From NCBI GenBank assembly GCA_046540255.1, contig JBKHFJ010000009.1, forward strand, positions 2,149 through 66,148: 64,000 nucleotides of DNA. Direction: 5' to 3'. The notes below the pieces were generated by a model, which did no database searches, was not told the origin of the DNA, and saw only the letters and a list, made by a program, of their open reading frames with translations. This document shows positions 17,779-26,210 of this stretch, piece by piece. Source of the stretch: Methanomassiliicoccales archaeon (GTDB taxonomy: Archaea; Thermoplasmatota; Thermoplasmata; Methanomassiliicoccales; JAAEEP01). A program made the position numbers and the translations under genes. How positions within the stretch are numbered: the first letter of the stretch is position 1; each line of letters opens with the position of its first letter.

Positions 17779-18422
17779 GTTCTTCTCCAGGCCTCGATCT
17801 CCCCGCCCATGTCCCCGCAGCCGAATAGCGCCGATCCGGCGTCCAAAACGGTGGCCCCCGCCTCAATGGCTATCCTGGAGGTGTCCGAGTTGATCCCCCC
17901 GTCCACGGCCAGCTCCACTTCCAGGCCGGAATGGTCAATGAACTCCCTCGCCTGTCGTATCTTGGGCACCACATCGTGCATGAAGGTCTGCCCGGAGAAT
18001 CCGGGGTTGACCGTCATGATCAGGAGGAGGTCGATCAGGTGCATGTAGGGTTCCACCGCCTCGAATGGAGTGCTGGGATTGAGGGAGAGGCCCGCCCCGA
18101 TCCCCTCGGCGGAGATCCTCTCCAGGGTCCCCTCGATGTTTTCGGTGGCCTCCGTGTGGATGGTGATGTAGTCCGCACCTGCCTCGGAGAACTCCCGGAT
18201 GAACCTCTCCGGATGCATGATCATCAGATGGACATCGAAGGGCAGGGAGGTGTACGGTCGCACGTCCCTGATGACGCACGGCCCGAGGGTGATGTTGGGG
18301 ACGAAGTTACCGTCCATCACGTCTATGTGGATCCAGTCCGCCCCGCAGGCCTCCGCCCGCTCCAGTTCCTTTCCCAGGTTGCTGAAATCGGCGGACAGGA
18401 TGGAGGGGGCGATCTTCACCAT
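17766..18422 (-). CDS. rpe: Ribulose-phosphate 3-epimerase
   Basis: MVKIAPSILSADFSNLGKELERAE..GADWIHIDVMDGNFVPNITLGP...FDVHLMI. Confidence 0.92.
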   Translation of the reverse strand: MVKIAPSILSADFSNLGKELERAEACGADWIHIDVMDGNFVPNITLGPCVIRDVRPYTSLPFDVHLMIMHPERFIREFSEAGADYITIHTEATENIEGTLERISAEGIGAGLSLNPSTPFEAVEPYMHLIDLLLIMTVNPGFSGQTFMHDVVPKIRQAREFIDHSGLEVELAVDGGINSDTSRIAIEAGATVLDAGSALFGCGDMGGEIEAWRRTHTM

Positions 18423-18462
18423 ATCCCCGGGAAAGGGGAACGTCCAAAAGAATGTTTCTAGC

Positions 18463-18879
18463 TCAGGGGACCACCGTCACCGGCAGCTTGCAGTGGTGGA
18501 CCACCTTCGTGGAGACGCTTCCCATCAACATGCCCTTGAAACCGCTCAGGCCGCGGCATCCGACCACCACGTGGGAGTATCCCTCTTCCGCCGCCTTGAT
18601 GATGGCGTTTGCCGGATGGTCCAACTCCACCCTGGTGTCGTGGGTGATCCCCTTCTCCTCGAGCACCTTCTTGCCCCTCCTCATCCTTCGGTCTTGGAGC
18701 GCTTCGTCCTCCGGGATGTAGGTGTCCTTCCCGGCGAAGATGGCCGAGTCCGAGGGGGAATAGGCCAGCAGAAGGGTGACCTTGGCGTTGAACCTGGATG
18801 CCATCTCGGCGGCGAACTCGGCCGCCCTGAGCGAGTTATCGGAACCGTCCACTCCTACAAGTATATCCGTGATTTCCAA
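18463..18879 (-). CDS. Universal stress protein (UspA family)
   Basis: ILVGVDGSDNSLRAAEFA...VVGCRGLSGFKGMLMGSVSTKVVHHCKLPVTVV. Confidence 0.88.
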   Translation of the reverse strand: MEITDILVGVDGSDNSLRAAEFAAEMASRFNAKVTLLLAYSPSDSAIFAGKDTYIPEDEALQDRRMRRGKKVLEEKGITHDTRVELDHPANAIIKAAEEGYSHVVVGCRGLSGFKGMLMGSVSTKVVHHCKLPVTVVP

Positions 18880-19035
18880 CTCTTTCTCCCTCCTATCATC
18901 TTTCTCCTATCCACTGGATTGTAACCCATGATTCATAAGGATGTCGGAGGCCCATGTGCATCGGGAGACCTGAAAGATTATAGGATGCGGGCACCACGTC
19001 GCAAACCTTTTACTTCAAGAGGAGATGGATAGACC

Positions 19036-19245
19036 ATGGCTCGCGGCGATGACGAGGGAGAGGAGGTCTGCGACGTGGCCGGCTGCCAGGAACCGGTGGA
19101 ACGCTCCCTGCCGTTGAAGAAGGTCAAGAAGCAAGGATTCGAGGTGGAATCCTCTGGTAGACGGGCCAAGCTCTGCAAGGAGCATTACAAGGAGTTCAGG
19201 AAGGCCACCAAGAAGGACCGGCAGCTGGAGCAGCTGGGTAGGTGA
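19036..19245 (+). CDS. Small basic Cys/His protein, hypothetical (possible CCCH zinc knuckle)
   Basis: 69 aa: ...EVCDVAGCQEPVERS...AKLCKEHYKEFRKATKKDRQLE. A TATA-like CCTTTTACTT lies about 30 nt upstream. Confidence 0.5.
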   Translation: MARGDDEGEEVCDVAGCQEPVERSLPLKKVKKQGFEVESSGRRAKLCKEHYKEFRKATKKDRQLEQLGR

Positions 19246-19341
19246 TCCTTACAGGGGGTCTCCCGACCCGTGAGCGTCATCGCTTCCGATGATTCAGGGG
19301 GCCACGGCAAACATTATACATGGGGAGGAATTCCCATTGCC

Positions 19342-20250
19342 ATGAAGGTGACCTTCCTCGGCACCGGGGGCAGTATTCCATCGGTAAACAGGAGCGTCAG
19401 CTCGGCGGCCCTCCAATACGGCTCGGATGTACTCCTGTTCGACTGTGGGGAGGGAACTCAGAGGCAGCTCATGATGTCCTCCCTCTCCTTCATGAAGATC
19501 AAGCGGATATTTATCACCCATTTCCATGGGGATCACTTCCTGGGCCTGCCCGGCCTGATACAGTCCATGAGCTTCAGCGGGAGGGAGGATCCCTTGTACA
19601 TCCACGGCCCGGCCGGGATGGTTGAGCTGGTGAACGGGATCATCAGCTTGGGGTACTTCGCCAAAGGTTTCGAGGTCTGGGTGGGTGAGCTGGATCACGG
19701 GGACACGGTGAAGATGGACGGCTATTCGGTCTCGGCGGTGAGGGTGGACCACTCCGTACCCGCCCTCGGTTACGTCTTCCAGGAGGATGAGAGGCCGGGG
19801 AGGTTCCTCCCGGGCCGGGCCAAGGGGGTGGGGGTTCCCGAGGGACCGCTGTTCTCCAGGCTGCAGCGGGGCCACAGCGTCACCGTCTCCGGGAGGGAGG
19901 TGACGCCGGAAATGGTGATGGGCCCCCCCAGGAGGGGCCGGAAAGTGGTCATTTCCGGTGACACCAGGCCCTGCCAGAACCTCGAGGAGGCGGCCAGAGG
20001 GGCGGACCTTCTGGTACACGAGGCCACGCTGGACAGTTCCCTGGCGGACAAGGCCAGGGAGTTCGGTCACTCCACCGCCGAGGGGGCGGCCGGATTGGCC
20101 GCCAGGGCCGGAGTGCGCTCCCTCTTCCTGAACCACATCTCCAACCGATACGAGGAACCGGATCTCCTGGAGGAGGAGGCCAGGCAGGTGTTCTCCGGTG
20201 CGGTGGTGGCCGAGGACCTGATGTCGGTCGAGGTGACCGTCCCGGATTAG
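19342..20250 (+). CDS. rnz: Ribonuclease Z (tRNA 3' endonuclease, metallo-beta-lactamase)
   Basis: MKVTFLGTGGSIPS..., LLFDCGEGTQRQL, ITHFHGDHFLGLPGLIQSM. GGGGAGGA SD upstream of ATG 19342 (the track start 19270 is a GTG). Confidence 0.9.
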   Translation: MKVTFLGTGGSIPSVNRSVSSAALQYGSDVLLFDCGEGTQRQLMMSSLSFMKIKRIFITHFHGDHFLGLPGLIQSMSFSGREDPLYIHGPAGMVELVNGIISLGYFAKGFEVWVGELDHGDTVKMDGYSVSAVRVDHSVPALGYVFQEDERPGRFLPGRAKGVGVPEGPLFSRLQRGHSVTVSGREVTPEMVMGPPRRGRKVVISGDTRPCQNLEEAARGADLLVHEATLDSSLADKAREFGHSTAEGAAGLAARAGVRSLFLNHISNRYEEPDLLEEEARQVFSGAVVAEDLMSVEVTVPD

Positions 20251-20810
20251 ATGAGCTTTAGCAGGTCCGAAGAGGTCACTATACCGATGATGCCTCCCCC
20301 ATCGCTCACCAGGACCGCCCCCGAGTGGGAGAGGAGCACGGTGACCACCTCCAAAGGGGTATCCTCGCTGACTATGGGGAAGACGTCCTCCATCAGCTTC
20401 TCCACCGGTTCCTTCGCCAGCTCGGACATCCTCTTCCCCTCCCTGAGCAGCCGGAGGATATCCTTCTCGCTCACCGATCCCACGTGGGCCTTCCCGTCGA
20501 AGACGGGCAGTTGGGAGAACCCCCCCTCCCTCATGAGCTCGGAGGCCCTCCTCAGCCTCTCCCCCTTCTGGATCATGACCGGATTCATGGAGGCCACCTG
20601 CTTGACCTTCTTCCCCCTCTTCTTCCGATCCATCTCATCGTAGATTATCTGGAAGATCCTTGCCACCGAATCGTAGCTCCCCCTGATGTTCCCCCGCTCG
20701 ATCTTGGCGATGGTGGACTGGCTGACGCCCGATCGGCGTGAGAGTTCCGATTGTGTCATGTTCAGGGCGAGGCGCAACTTCTTTATCTCGGAAGCATCTG
20801 GGAATTTCAC
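20247..20810 (-). CDS. Transcriptional regulator: XRE-type HTH plus a CBS domain pair
   Basis: LNMTQSELSRRSGVSQSTIAKIERGN (HTH), then two CBS repeats (MIQKGERLRRASELMREGGFSQLPVFDG..VGSVSEKDIL and ...PIVSEDTPLEVVTVLLSHSGAVLVSDGGGIIGIVTSSDLL). Confidence 0.85.
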   Translation of the reverse strand: MKFPDASEIKKLRLALNMTQSELSRRSGVSQSTIAKIERGNIRGSYDSVARIFQIIYDEMDRKKRGKKVKQVASMNPVMIQKGERLRRASELMREGGFSQLPVFDGKAHVGSVSEKDILRLLREGKRMSELAKEPVEKLMEDVFPIVSEDTPLEVVTVLLSHSGAVLVSDGGGIIGIVTSSDLLKLI

Positions 20811-20909
20811 GCCCCCTAATCGCTATTATTCCTATATGAATAATTCCATCAATCATCTATATAAGTGAAGAAATAATACGAACAAAAATGGGAGGTTTCA
20901 GTGGGTTGG

Positions 20910-20923
20910 ATTCATTAATGAAT
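20910..20923. promoter_or_regulatory. Perfect 14-bp palindrome ATTCATTAATGAAT in the SAM-synthetase leader (candidate operator)
   Basis: Read directly. It lies between a TATA-like CTATATAAG (about 20857-20866) and ATG 20964, in the divergent region shared with the HTH-CBS regulator. Confidence 0.4.
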
Positions 20924-20963
20924 ACACCGAGCCACACGCCCCCACGACTAAGGTGATGCATCA

Positions 20964-22160
20964 ATGTCAAAGAACATAGTGGTCGAAGAAATCGATTACA
21001 CCCCGGTCTTGGACCAGAGGGTGGAGTTGGTAGAGAGAAAGGGAATCGGACATCCGGACAGCGTGGCGGACGGCCTGGCCGAATCGGTGAGCCGGGCACT
21101 CTGCAAGATGTACTTGGACCGGTACGATCGGATCCTCCATCACAACACCGATGAGACCCAGATCGTCGGCGGTCAGTCCGCTCCCCGGTTCGGGGGAGGT
21201 ATAGTTCTGGAGCCCGCATACGTGCTGCTGGTGGGGAGGGCCACCACCGAGGTGGACAGGGAGAGACTTCCCTACAGATCGGTGGCCGTGAAGGCGGCCA
21301 GGGAATACCTGATGGAAAAATTCCCCAACGTCGATGTGAACATGGACGTGGCCCTCGACTGCAGGATAGGCAAGGGCAGCGTGGACCTCACAGGGGTGTA
21401 CAGCTCGGAGAAGTTGTTGGCCAATGACACCTCATTCGGTGTGGGCTACGCCCCGTTCAGTCAGACCGAGAACGTGGTCCTCCAGACAGAGAGGTACATC
21501 AACGGCGAGTTGAAGAAGAAGCTCCCGGAGACCGGTCAGGACGTCAAGGTCATGGCCTCCAGGATCAACGGGGTGATCACCCTGACCATCGCCTGCGCCA
21601 TGGTGGACAAGTACTTGGACGACAAGGACCATTACATCAGCCTGGTGGACGAGCTCACCGACAGGGTATTTGATCACGCCTCCGCCCTTACGGATTTCGA
21701 GGTCAAGCCCAGGGTGAACGCGGCCGACAGCTACGATGAGGGGATCTTCTACAACACTGTCACCGGGCTCTCCATGGAGAACGGCGACGATGGATCGGTG
21801 GGCCGGGGGAACCGGGTCAACGGCCTAATCACCCCGTTCAGACCGATGTCTATGGAGGCAGCGGCCGGCAAGAACCCTGTCACGCACGTGGGCAAGCTCT
21901 ACAACATATTGGCCAAGCTCATCTCGGAGCAGGTAGCCGAGGAGGCCGGCGGGGATGTGGCGGAGGTAAGGACGCGACTTCTATCCCGCATCGGTCAGAA
22001 GATCAGCGACCCCCAGACGGCCAGCATACAGCTGATCATGGCGGACGGCGTGGACGTCTCCAAGTGGCAGTCGGAGGCGGAGAGCATCGCGGACTACTGG
22101 CTGGACAACATCGACAAGGTCACGAGGAAAATTGTAAATGGTGAGATAACGGTCTTCTGA
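20964..22160 (+). CDS. metK: S-adenosylmethionine synthetase, archaeal type
   Basis: [32 protein letters not shown]...[24 protein letters not shown] 7 nt upstream. Confidence 0.92.
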   Translation: MSKNIVVEEIDYTPVLDQRVELVERKGIGHPDSVADGLAESVSRALCKMYLDRYDRILHHNTDETQIVGGQSAPRFGGGIVLEPAYVLLVGRATTEVDRERLPYRSVAVKAAREYLMEKFPNVDVNMDVALDCRIGKGSVDLTGVYSSEKLLANDTSFGVGYAPFSQTENVVLQTERYINGELKKKLPETGQDVKVMASRINGVITLTIACAMVDKYLDDKDHYISLVDELTDRVFDHASALTDFEVKPRVNAADSYDEGIFYNTVTGLSMENGDDGSVGRGNRVNGLITPFRPMSMEAAAGKNPVTHVGKLYNILAKLISEQVAEEAGGDVAEVRTRLLSRIGQKISDPQTASIQLIMADGVDVSKWQSEAESIADYWLDNIDKVTRKIVNGEITVF

Positions 22161-22163
22161 ACG

Positions 22164-22748
22164 ATGAAGCTCATCGACCTCCGAAGGTACGGTCCAGTCC
22201 ACAGGTTCGGTGATCATCACATCTACAGGGCCCTCAGGGCCCTTTCCAACGGTAGGAGGAGAGGAAGGAAATCCCTGGCCGATTCCGTGGGACTGGGAGA
22301 GGGCAGCATGAGGACCATCCTGGAGTACCTCAGGGACAAGGAGTTCGTGGAGGTCAAGCAGACCGGGGTGAGGATCACCCCCTACGGTCAGGGATTCCTG
22401 AAAGAACTGCCGATCAGGATGGAGAGGGTGGACCTCCCAGGACTCTCTTTGGGCGAAAGGAGCGTGGCGGTCAAGGTCAAGGCATCGGCCGATTACGTCT
22501 TCTCCGGCGTGAAGCAGAGGGACGAGGCCATCAAGGCCGGTGCGGACGGGGCCACCACCGTCATGGTGGTCGGTGGGAGGCTGATCATGCCCCCCAGCTA
22601 CGACCTGGACGATGAGCAGCCCGAGGACGCCTCCATCCTCCGGGAGATCTTCGATCTGGACGAGGGGGACGTGATCATCATCGGTACCGCGAGGGAGTGG
22701 GAGGGGGCGGAGAACGGGGCACTGGCCGCCGCCCTGGACCTGCTCTGA
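22164..22748 (+). CDS. Winged-helix domain protein (DUF4443-like), co-transcribed with SAM synthetase
   Basis: Starts 3 nt after the metK stop. RKSLADSVGLGEGSMRTILEYLRDKEFVEVKQTGVRITPYG looks like a wHTH; the C-terminal domain is of unknown function. Confidence 0.65.
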   Translation: MKLIDLRRYGPVHRFGDHHIYRALRALSNGRRRGRKSLADSVGLGEGSMRTILEYLRDKEFVEVKQTGVRITPYGQGFLKELPIRMERVDLPGLSLGERSVAVKVKASADYVFSGVKQRDEAIKAGADGATTVMVVGGRLIMPPSYDLDDEQPEDASILREIFDLDEGDVIIIGTAREWEGAENGALAAALDLL

Positions 22749-22847
22749 TAGGAATATTCGTATCGGTATCACGGTCATCGGTCTCTTCATCCCGTTCCCG
22801 CGGACCCGTTGGTTCCAAGGAAAACGCTAAATACTGGGCTTGCGGTA

Positions 22848-22880
22848 GGTGGATAATTGGATATTACATCCAATTACACC
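22848..22880 (+). promoter_or_regulatory. Inverted repeat/hairpin upstream of the DUF4430-propeller operon
   Basis: TAATTGGAT (22854-22862) pairs perfectly with ATCCAATTA (22868-22876) around loop ATTAC. It is extended by GGTG/CACC with a 2-nt bulge. It ends 5 nt before the AAGGAGGT SD (22885-22892) of ATG 22898. Confidence 0.45.
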
Positions 22881-22897
22881 TTTCAAGGAGGTTACCG

Positions 22898-24808
22898 ATG
22901 AAGGCACATTCGCTATTGGTCTGCGCCGTGATGCTGCTGGGCTGCGTTCTCGCCCTCCCCGGGGCATCCGGAGACTCTGATGGATCATGCAAGGTACAGT
23001 TCGATTTTGGTGATGGACAGGTCTACTGGGACGAGGTCCAGGTCGATGAGGATATGAACGCTTTCAACGTCACCATGGAGGCCGCTTCCTCTCTCGGATT
23101 CGAGGTCAATTACAGCGAATTCGAGGAAGGGGTCATGGTGAATGGCATAGACGGGATCATGAGCCAAATGTCGCAGGAGTACTGGCACTTCCTCGTATGG
23201 AACCAGACCGCCGGGCAGTGGGAGATCTCCTCGATGGGGGCGGACTCGGTGGATGCCCAGGGGCTGGAGGCCATCTCTTGGCACTACGCCAAGAACAAGC
23301 CCGACGAGAGTAGCGAGAGGCCTATGGCCACTCCCGCCCATCAGCAGCCCTGGACCATGTTCAGGCACGATCACAATAACTCGGGCACGATCCCCCTCCA
23401 GGGGCCGATCACCGAGGAAATGAAGTGGGAGCAGGACCTGGATAACGGGCCCATGGACAGCGCGGTGCTCTCAGCCAAGGGGAAATTGTACGTGGCCACG
23501 GCTGGCGTGTACAACTGGAGCTCCATGGACTACGACAAGTCTCCCACCCTCTTCTGCCTTGACCAGGAGGGGAACGTGGAATGGGAGGCCGAGTACGACG
23601 GGGCAGGTTATCAGATAGCGAGTCCGCTTCTGGTCAACGACATGGTGATCCTCCCCTCCACCGATGGAAAGCTGTACGCTTTCGATTCAGACAACGGTAG
23701 CCAGGAGTGGAATTTCACCACGGGTTCATCCCCAACCGGTATCACCTCCTCACCCGTGCTCTACAGGAACCAGATAGTAGTGGGGGCGGGGGACGGTTTC
23801 CTCTACTCACTGCACCTGAACGGTACACAGGCATGGAGGACGAATCTCAGCTCCCCTGTCTATTTCTCCTCCCCGGCCGTCCAGGATGGTACGGTGTACA
23901 TAGGGACGGAGGACGGCGGGCTCCATGCGGTCGCCGCCAATGGTTCCGGCGAGGAGTGGAGCGCAAGCGTGGAGGGTAAGATCAGGTCGGCGCCCCTGCT
24001 CATGGAGGACCGGATCGTCATCACCTACTCCGTGTATGACGGATCCGTCGCCGTGGACGGCGGCGTGGCGGCCTTCGATTACCAGGGGGAGGAGCTGTGG
24101 AACAGCAGGATAAACGCCACCTCCACCTCGCCGGCGCTGACGCCTGAAGGAATAGCGGTGACCACGGAGGAGGGACTGGCCATGCTCTCCGAGGGAGGGG
24201 AGGTGCAGTGGAATTTCACCTCCGACCAGTCGATGAAAGGCTCGCCCCTGGTGGCCGAGAACGGGATCTACGTGACCACCTCGGACAATGAGAGCCAGGT
24301 CCACGCCTTCACCTTCCAGGGCGAGGAGATGTGGAACATCACCCTCCCAGGTCCGGGGGATCAGTACTCCATGTGCTCACCCACGATGGATGACGATGCC
24401 ATGTACGTGACGGCCGATAACGGTCATCTTTACGCGTTCGGGGATGTTCCTCCGGAGGCCTCCTTCGAATACTCGGTGAACGAACTGGCGGTTTACTTCG
24501 ATGCCAGCGGATCATCGGACAAGCAGGGTGAGCTCGAGTATCACTGGGACTTTGGGGACCAGAATTCCAGCGGGGGGGAGACCGCCACCCATGAGTACAC
24601 CCAGGCCGGTAACTACACCGTCACCCTGACCGTGGTGGACGATGAGGGCAGTGAGGACCAGGTCAACCAGACCGTACAGGTGACCGCTCCCCCAGAGCCG
24701 GAGCCTGATGAGAACGGCCTGGGCGATCTGATTGTGATCCTGGGAGTGGGTATCGCAGTCGTGGTGATCGCCGCCCTGATGTACGTTAGCTTTGGCAGGA
24801 AGAGATGA
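22898..24808 (+). CDS. Secreted, C-terminally membrane-anchored protein: DUF4430 (transcobalamin-like) domain + PQQ-type beta-propeller repeats + PKD domain
   Basis: Strong SD and ATG 22898 (the track ORF is over-extended to 22697). Signal peptide MKAHSLLVCAVMLLGCVLALPGASG. DUF4430-like segment: GVMVNGIDGI....YWHFLVWNQTAGQWEISSMGADSV...EAISWHY. Propeller blades: DGKLYAFDSDNGSQEWNF, DGFLYSLHLNGTQAWRT, DGGLHAVAANGSGEEWSA, NGHLYAFG. PKD: WDFGDQNSSGGETATHEYTQAGNYTVTLTVVDDEG. TM anchor: LIVILGVGIAVVVIAALMYVSFGRKR. Confidence 0.8.
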   Translation: MKAHSLLVCAVMLLGCVLALPGASGDSDGSCKVQFDFGDGQVYWDEVQVDEDMNAFNVTMEAASSLGFEVNYSEFEEGVMVNGIDGIMSQMSQEYWHFLVWNQTAGQWEISSMGADSVDAQGLEAISWHYAKNKPDESSERPMATPAHQQPWTMFRHDHNNSGTIPLQGPITEEMKWEQDLDNGPMDSAVLSAKGKLYVATAGVYNWSSMDYDKSPTLFCLDQEGNVEWEAEYDGAGYQIASPLLVNDMVILPSTDGKLYAFDSDNGSQEWNFTTGSSPTGITSSPVLYRNQIVVGAGDGFLYSLHLNGTQAWRTNLSSPVYFSSPAVQDGTVYIGTEDGGLHAVAANGSGEEWSASVEGKIRSAPLLMEDRIVITYSVYDGSVAVDGGVAAFDYQGEELWNSRINATSTSPALTPEGIAVTTEEGLAMLSEGGEVQWNFTSDQSMKGSPLVAENGIYVTTSDNESQVHAFTFQGEEMWNITLPGPGDQYSMCSPTMDDDAMYVTADNGHLYAFGDVPPEASFEYSVNELAVYFDASGSSDKQGELEYHWDFGDQNSSGGETATHEYTQAGNYTVTLTVVDDEGSEDQVNQTVQVTAPPEPEPDENGLGDLIVILGVGIAVVVIAALMYVSFGRKR

Positions 24809-25311
24809 TTCGGGCCATCGCCGGAAAGGCATCCGCGCTCGCCCTGATCGTGGGCATGGTAGCCCTTGCCCTCCCCTTCACCGGCTGCCTGGGCGGTGAT
24901 GGGGGTGAGGATGAGCAGGTGACCGCCGATCTGACCATCGATTTCATGGGGGAGCGCGGCACCATCCATCCAGGCAACCTGACCACCTGGTACAGGGAGG
25001 GCGGTGAGTGGGTTTCCGAGTCCCGATCCAACGGAGGGAACACGGTGTACGTGTTCAGGAACATATCCGCCTCCGACTCCCTGGAGCAGCTGGAACGGGC
25101 GTCCGAGGTGGCGGGGTTCGAAATCAATAAGACCTACTATTCCACCATGGGCCAATGGATCGTGGATTCCCTGGATAGGGCGGAGAACCAGGCCAGTGGA
25201 AGTAACTGGCAGTTCTGGGTGAACGGAGAGTACGCCAGCGAGGGGGCAGGCCAGGTTGATCTCAAGGAGGGTGATCAGGTGGAGTGGAGGTATCAGACCA
25301 ACCCATTCTGA
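24805..25311 (+). CDS. Lipoprotein consisting of one DUF4430 (transcobalamin-like) domain
   Basis: ATGA overlap with the upstream gene. Lipobox ALPFTGC. C-terminal YYSTMGQWIVDSLDRAENQASGSNWQFWVNGEYASEGAGQVDLKEGDQVEWRY fits the DUF4430 pattern. Confidence 0.75.
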   Translation: MIRAIAGKASALALIVGMVALALPFTGCLGGDGGEDEQVTADLTIDFMGERGTIHPGNLTTWYREGGEWVSESRSNGGNTVYVFRNISASDSLEQLERASEVAGFEINKTYYSTMGQWIVDSLDRAENQASGSNWQFWVNGEYASEGAGQVDLKEGDQVEWRYQTNPF

Positions 25312-25346
25312 TCGGTGAGAATTCAGCGTGAGCAGGAGGGAAAAGT

Positions 25347-26210
25347 ATGTTCTTCCCCTACAAGGACGTGGACTCGGGAATACACCGCCTCGATCCGAGG
25401 CCCAAGATAGTCTTCGTAGCGGTGGTGTTCCTACTGTCCATCCTGATCTCCGACATCCTGTACCTCTCCTTCCTCCTTTTCATAGTGATGGTGGTCGCCT
25501 GGAGGGGAAGGGTGCTCGACTCCACCGTGGGACTGCTGAAGTACGCCCTGGTCATAGGGCTGTTCATCCTACTGTTCAACATACTGATCAGCAAGGGCAG
25601 CACCGTCCTCTTCCAGTGGGGGCCCCTGATGATCATGATGGAGTCCACCGCCTTCGCCTTCAGCATGGTGGTCCGCCTGTTCCTGGCCATGGCTTCCTTC
25701 TCCGTGCTGACCTTCGCCGTGCACCCGGACGACCTCCTCAGGACACTTTCCAGGGTGGGCCACAAGGTCATGACCGGCCTCTCTCTGGCCACCAGGATGT
25801 ATCCCACCATCGCCGCCGATTCGGGGGCGGTGATGGACTCGATGCGGGCCAGGGGGGTGGAGATGGACCGTGGGAACTTCGTGGAGAAGGCCCGGGCGAG
25901 GGCACCGGTGCTCATGCCCCTGCTGCTGAACTCCCTGGATCGCTCCATAGGCATCTCGGAGGCCATGGAGGCCAGGGGATTCGGATCTGGTCGAGCAAGG
26001 TCAAGTTACTCCTACCGGCCCATGGACAGGTGGGAGTGGACCATCATCGCCATGTCATTGGGCGCCATGGTGCTGGGCATCGTCTCGGTGGTCATGGGCT
26101 ACGGATCGCTCGAGTACGGCAGTCTGTTCATGTATGGTTGGGTGGACCTGGCGGTCCTCCTCCTGTACGCCGTGCTGCTGACGCCGATCTGCTGGGGGGC
26201 GAGAGGATGA
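25347..26210 (+). CDS. ecfT: ECF transporter transmembrane (T) component, CbiQ/EcfT family
   Basis: GIHRLDPRPKIVFVAVVFLL..., with ...ARGVE... loops. GCAGGAGGG SD upstream. Confidence 0.85.
   Translation: MFFPYKDVDSGIHRLDPRPKIVFVAVVFLLSILISDILYLSFLLFIVMVVAWRGRVLDSTVGLLKYALVIGLFILLFNILISKGSTVLFQWGPLMIMMESTAFAFSMVVRLFLAMASFSVLTFAVHPDDLLRTLSRVGHKVMTGLSLATRMYPTIAADSGAVMDSMRARGVEMDRGNFVEKARARAPVLMPLLLNSLDRSIGISEAMEARGFGSGRARSSYSYRPMDRWEWTIIAMSLGAMVLGIVSVVMGYGSLEYGSLFMYGWVDLAVLLLYAVLLTPICWGARG

Noticed and set aside
22749-22897. A cobalamin riboswitch in the leader of the DUF4430/ECF operon.
   Set aside because: The leader is only about 150 nt and I could not find a B12-box-like conserved core. 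Only a simple hairpin is evident. An Rfam scan would be decisive.
25328-26206. The N-terminal roughly 290 aa of the 781-aa track ORF, which would make a giant ECF ATPase.
   Set aside because: This part overlaps ecfT in a different frame and is compositionally junk. The ATPase begins at ATG 26207 (MIRVEGLTYRY...) with an ATGA overlap to ecfT.
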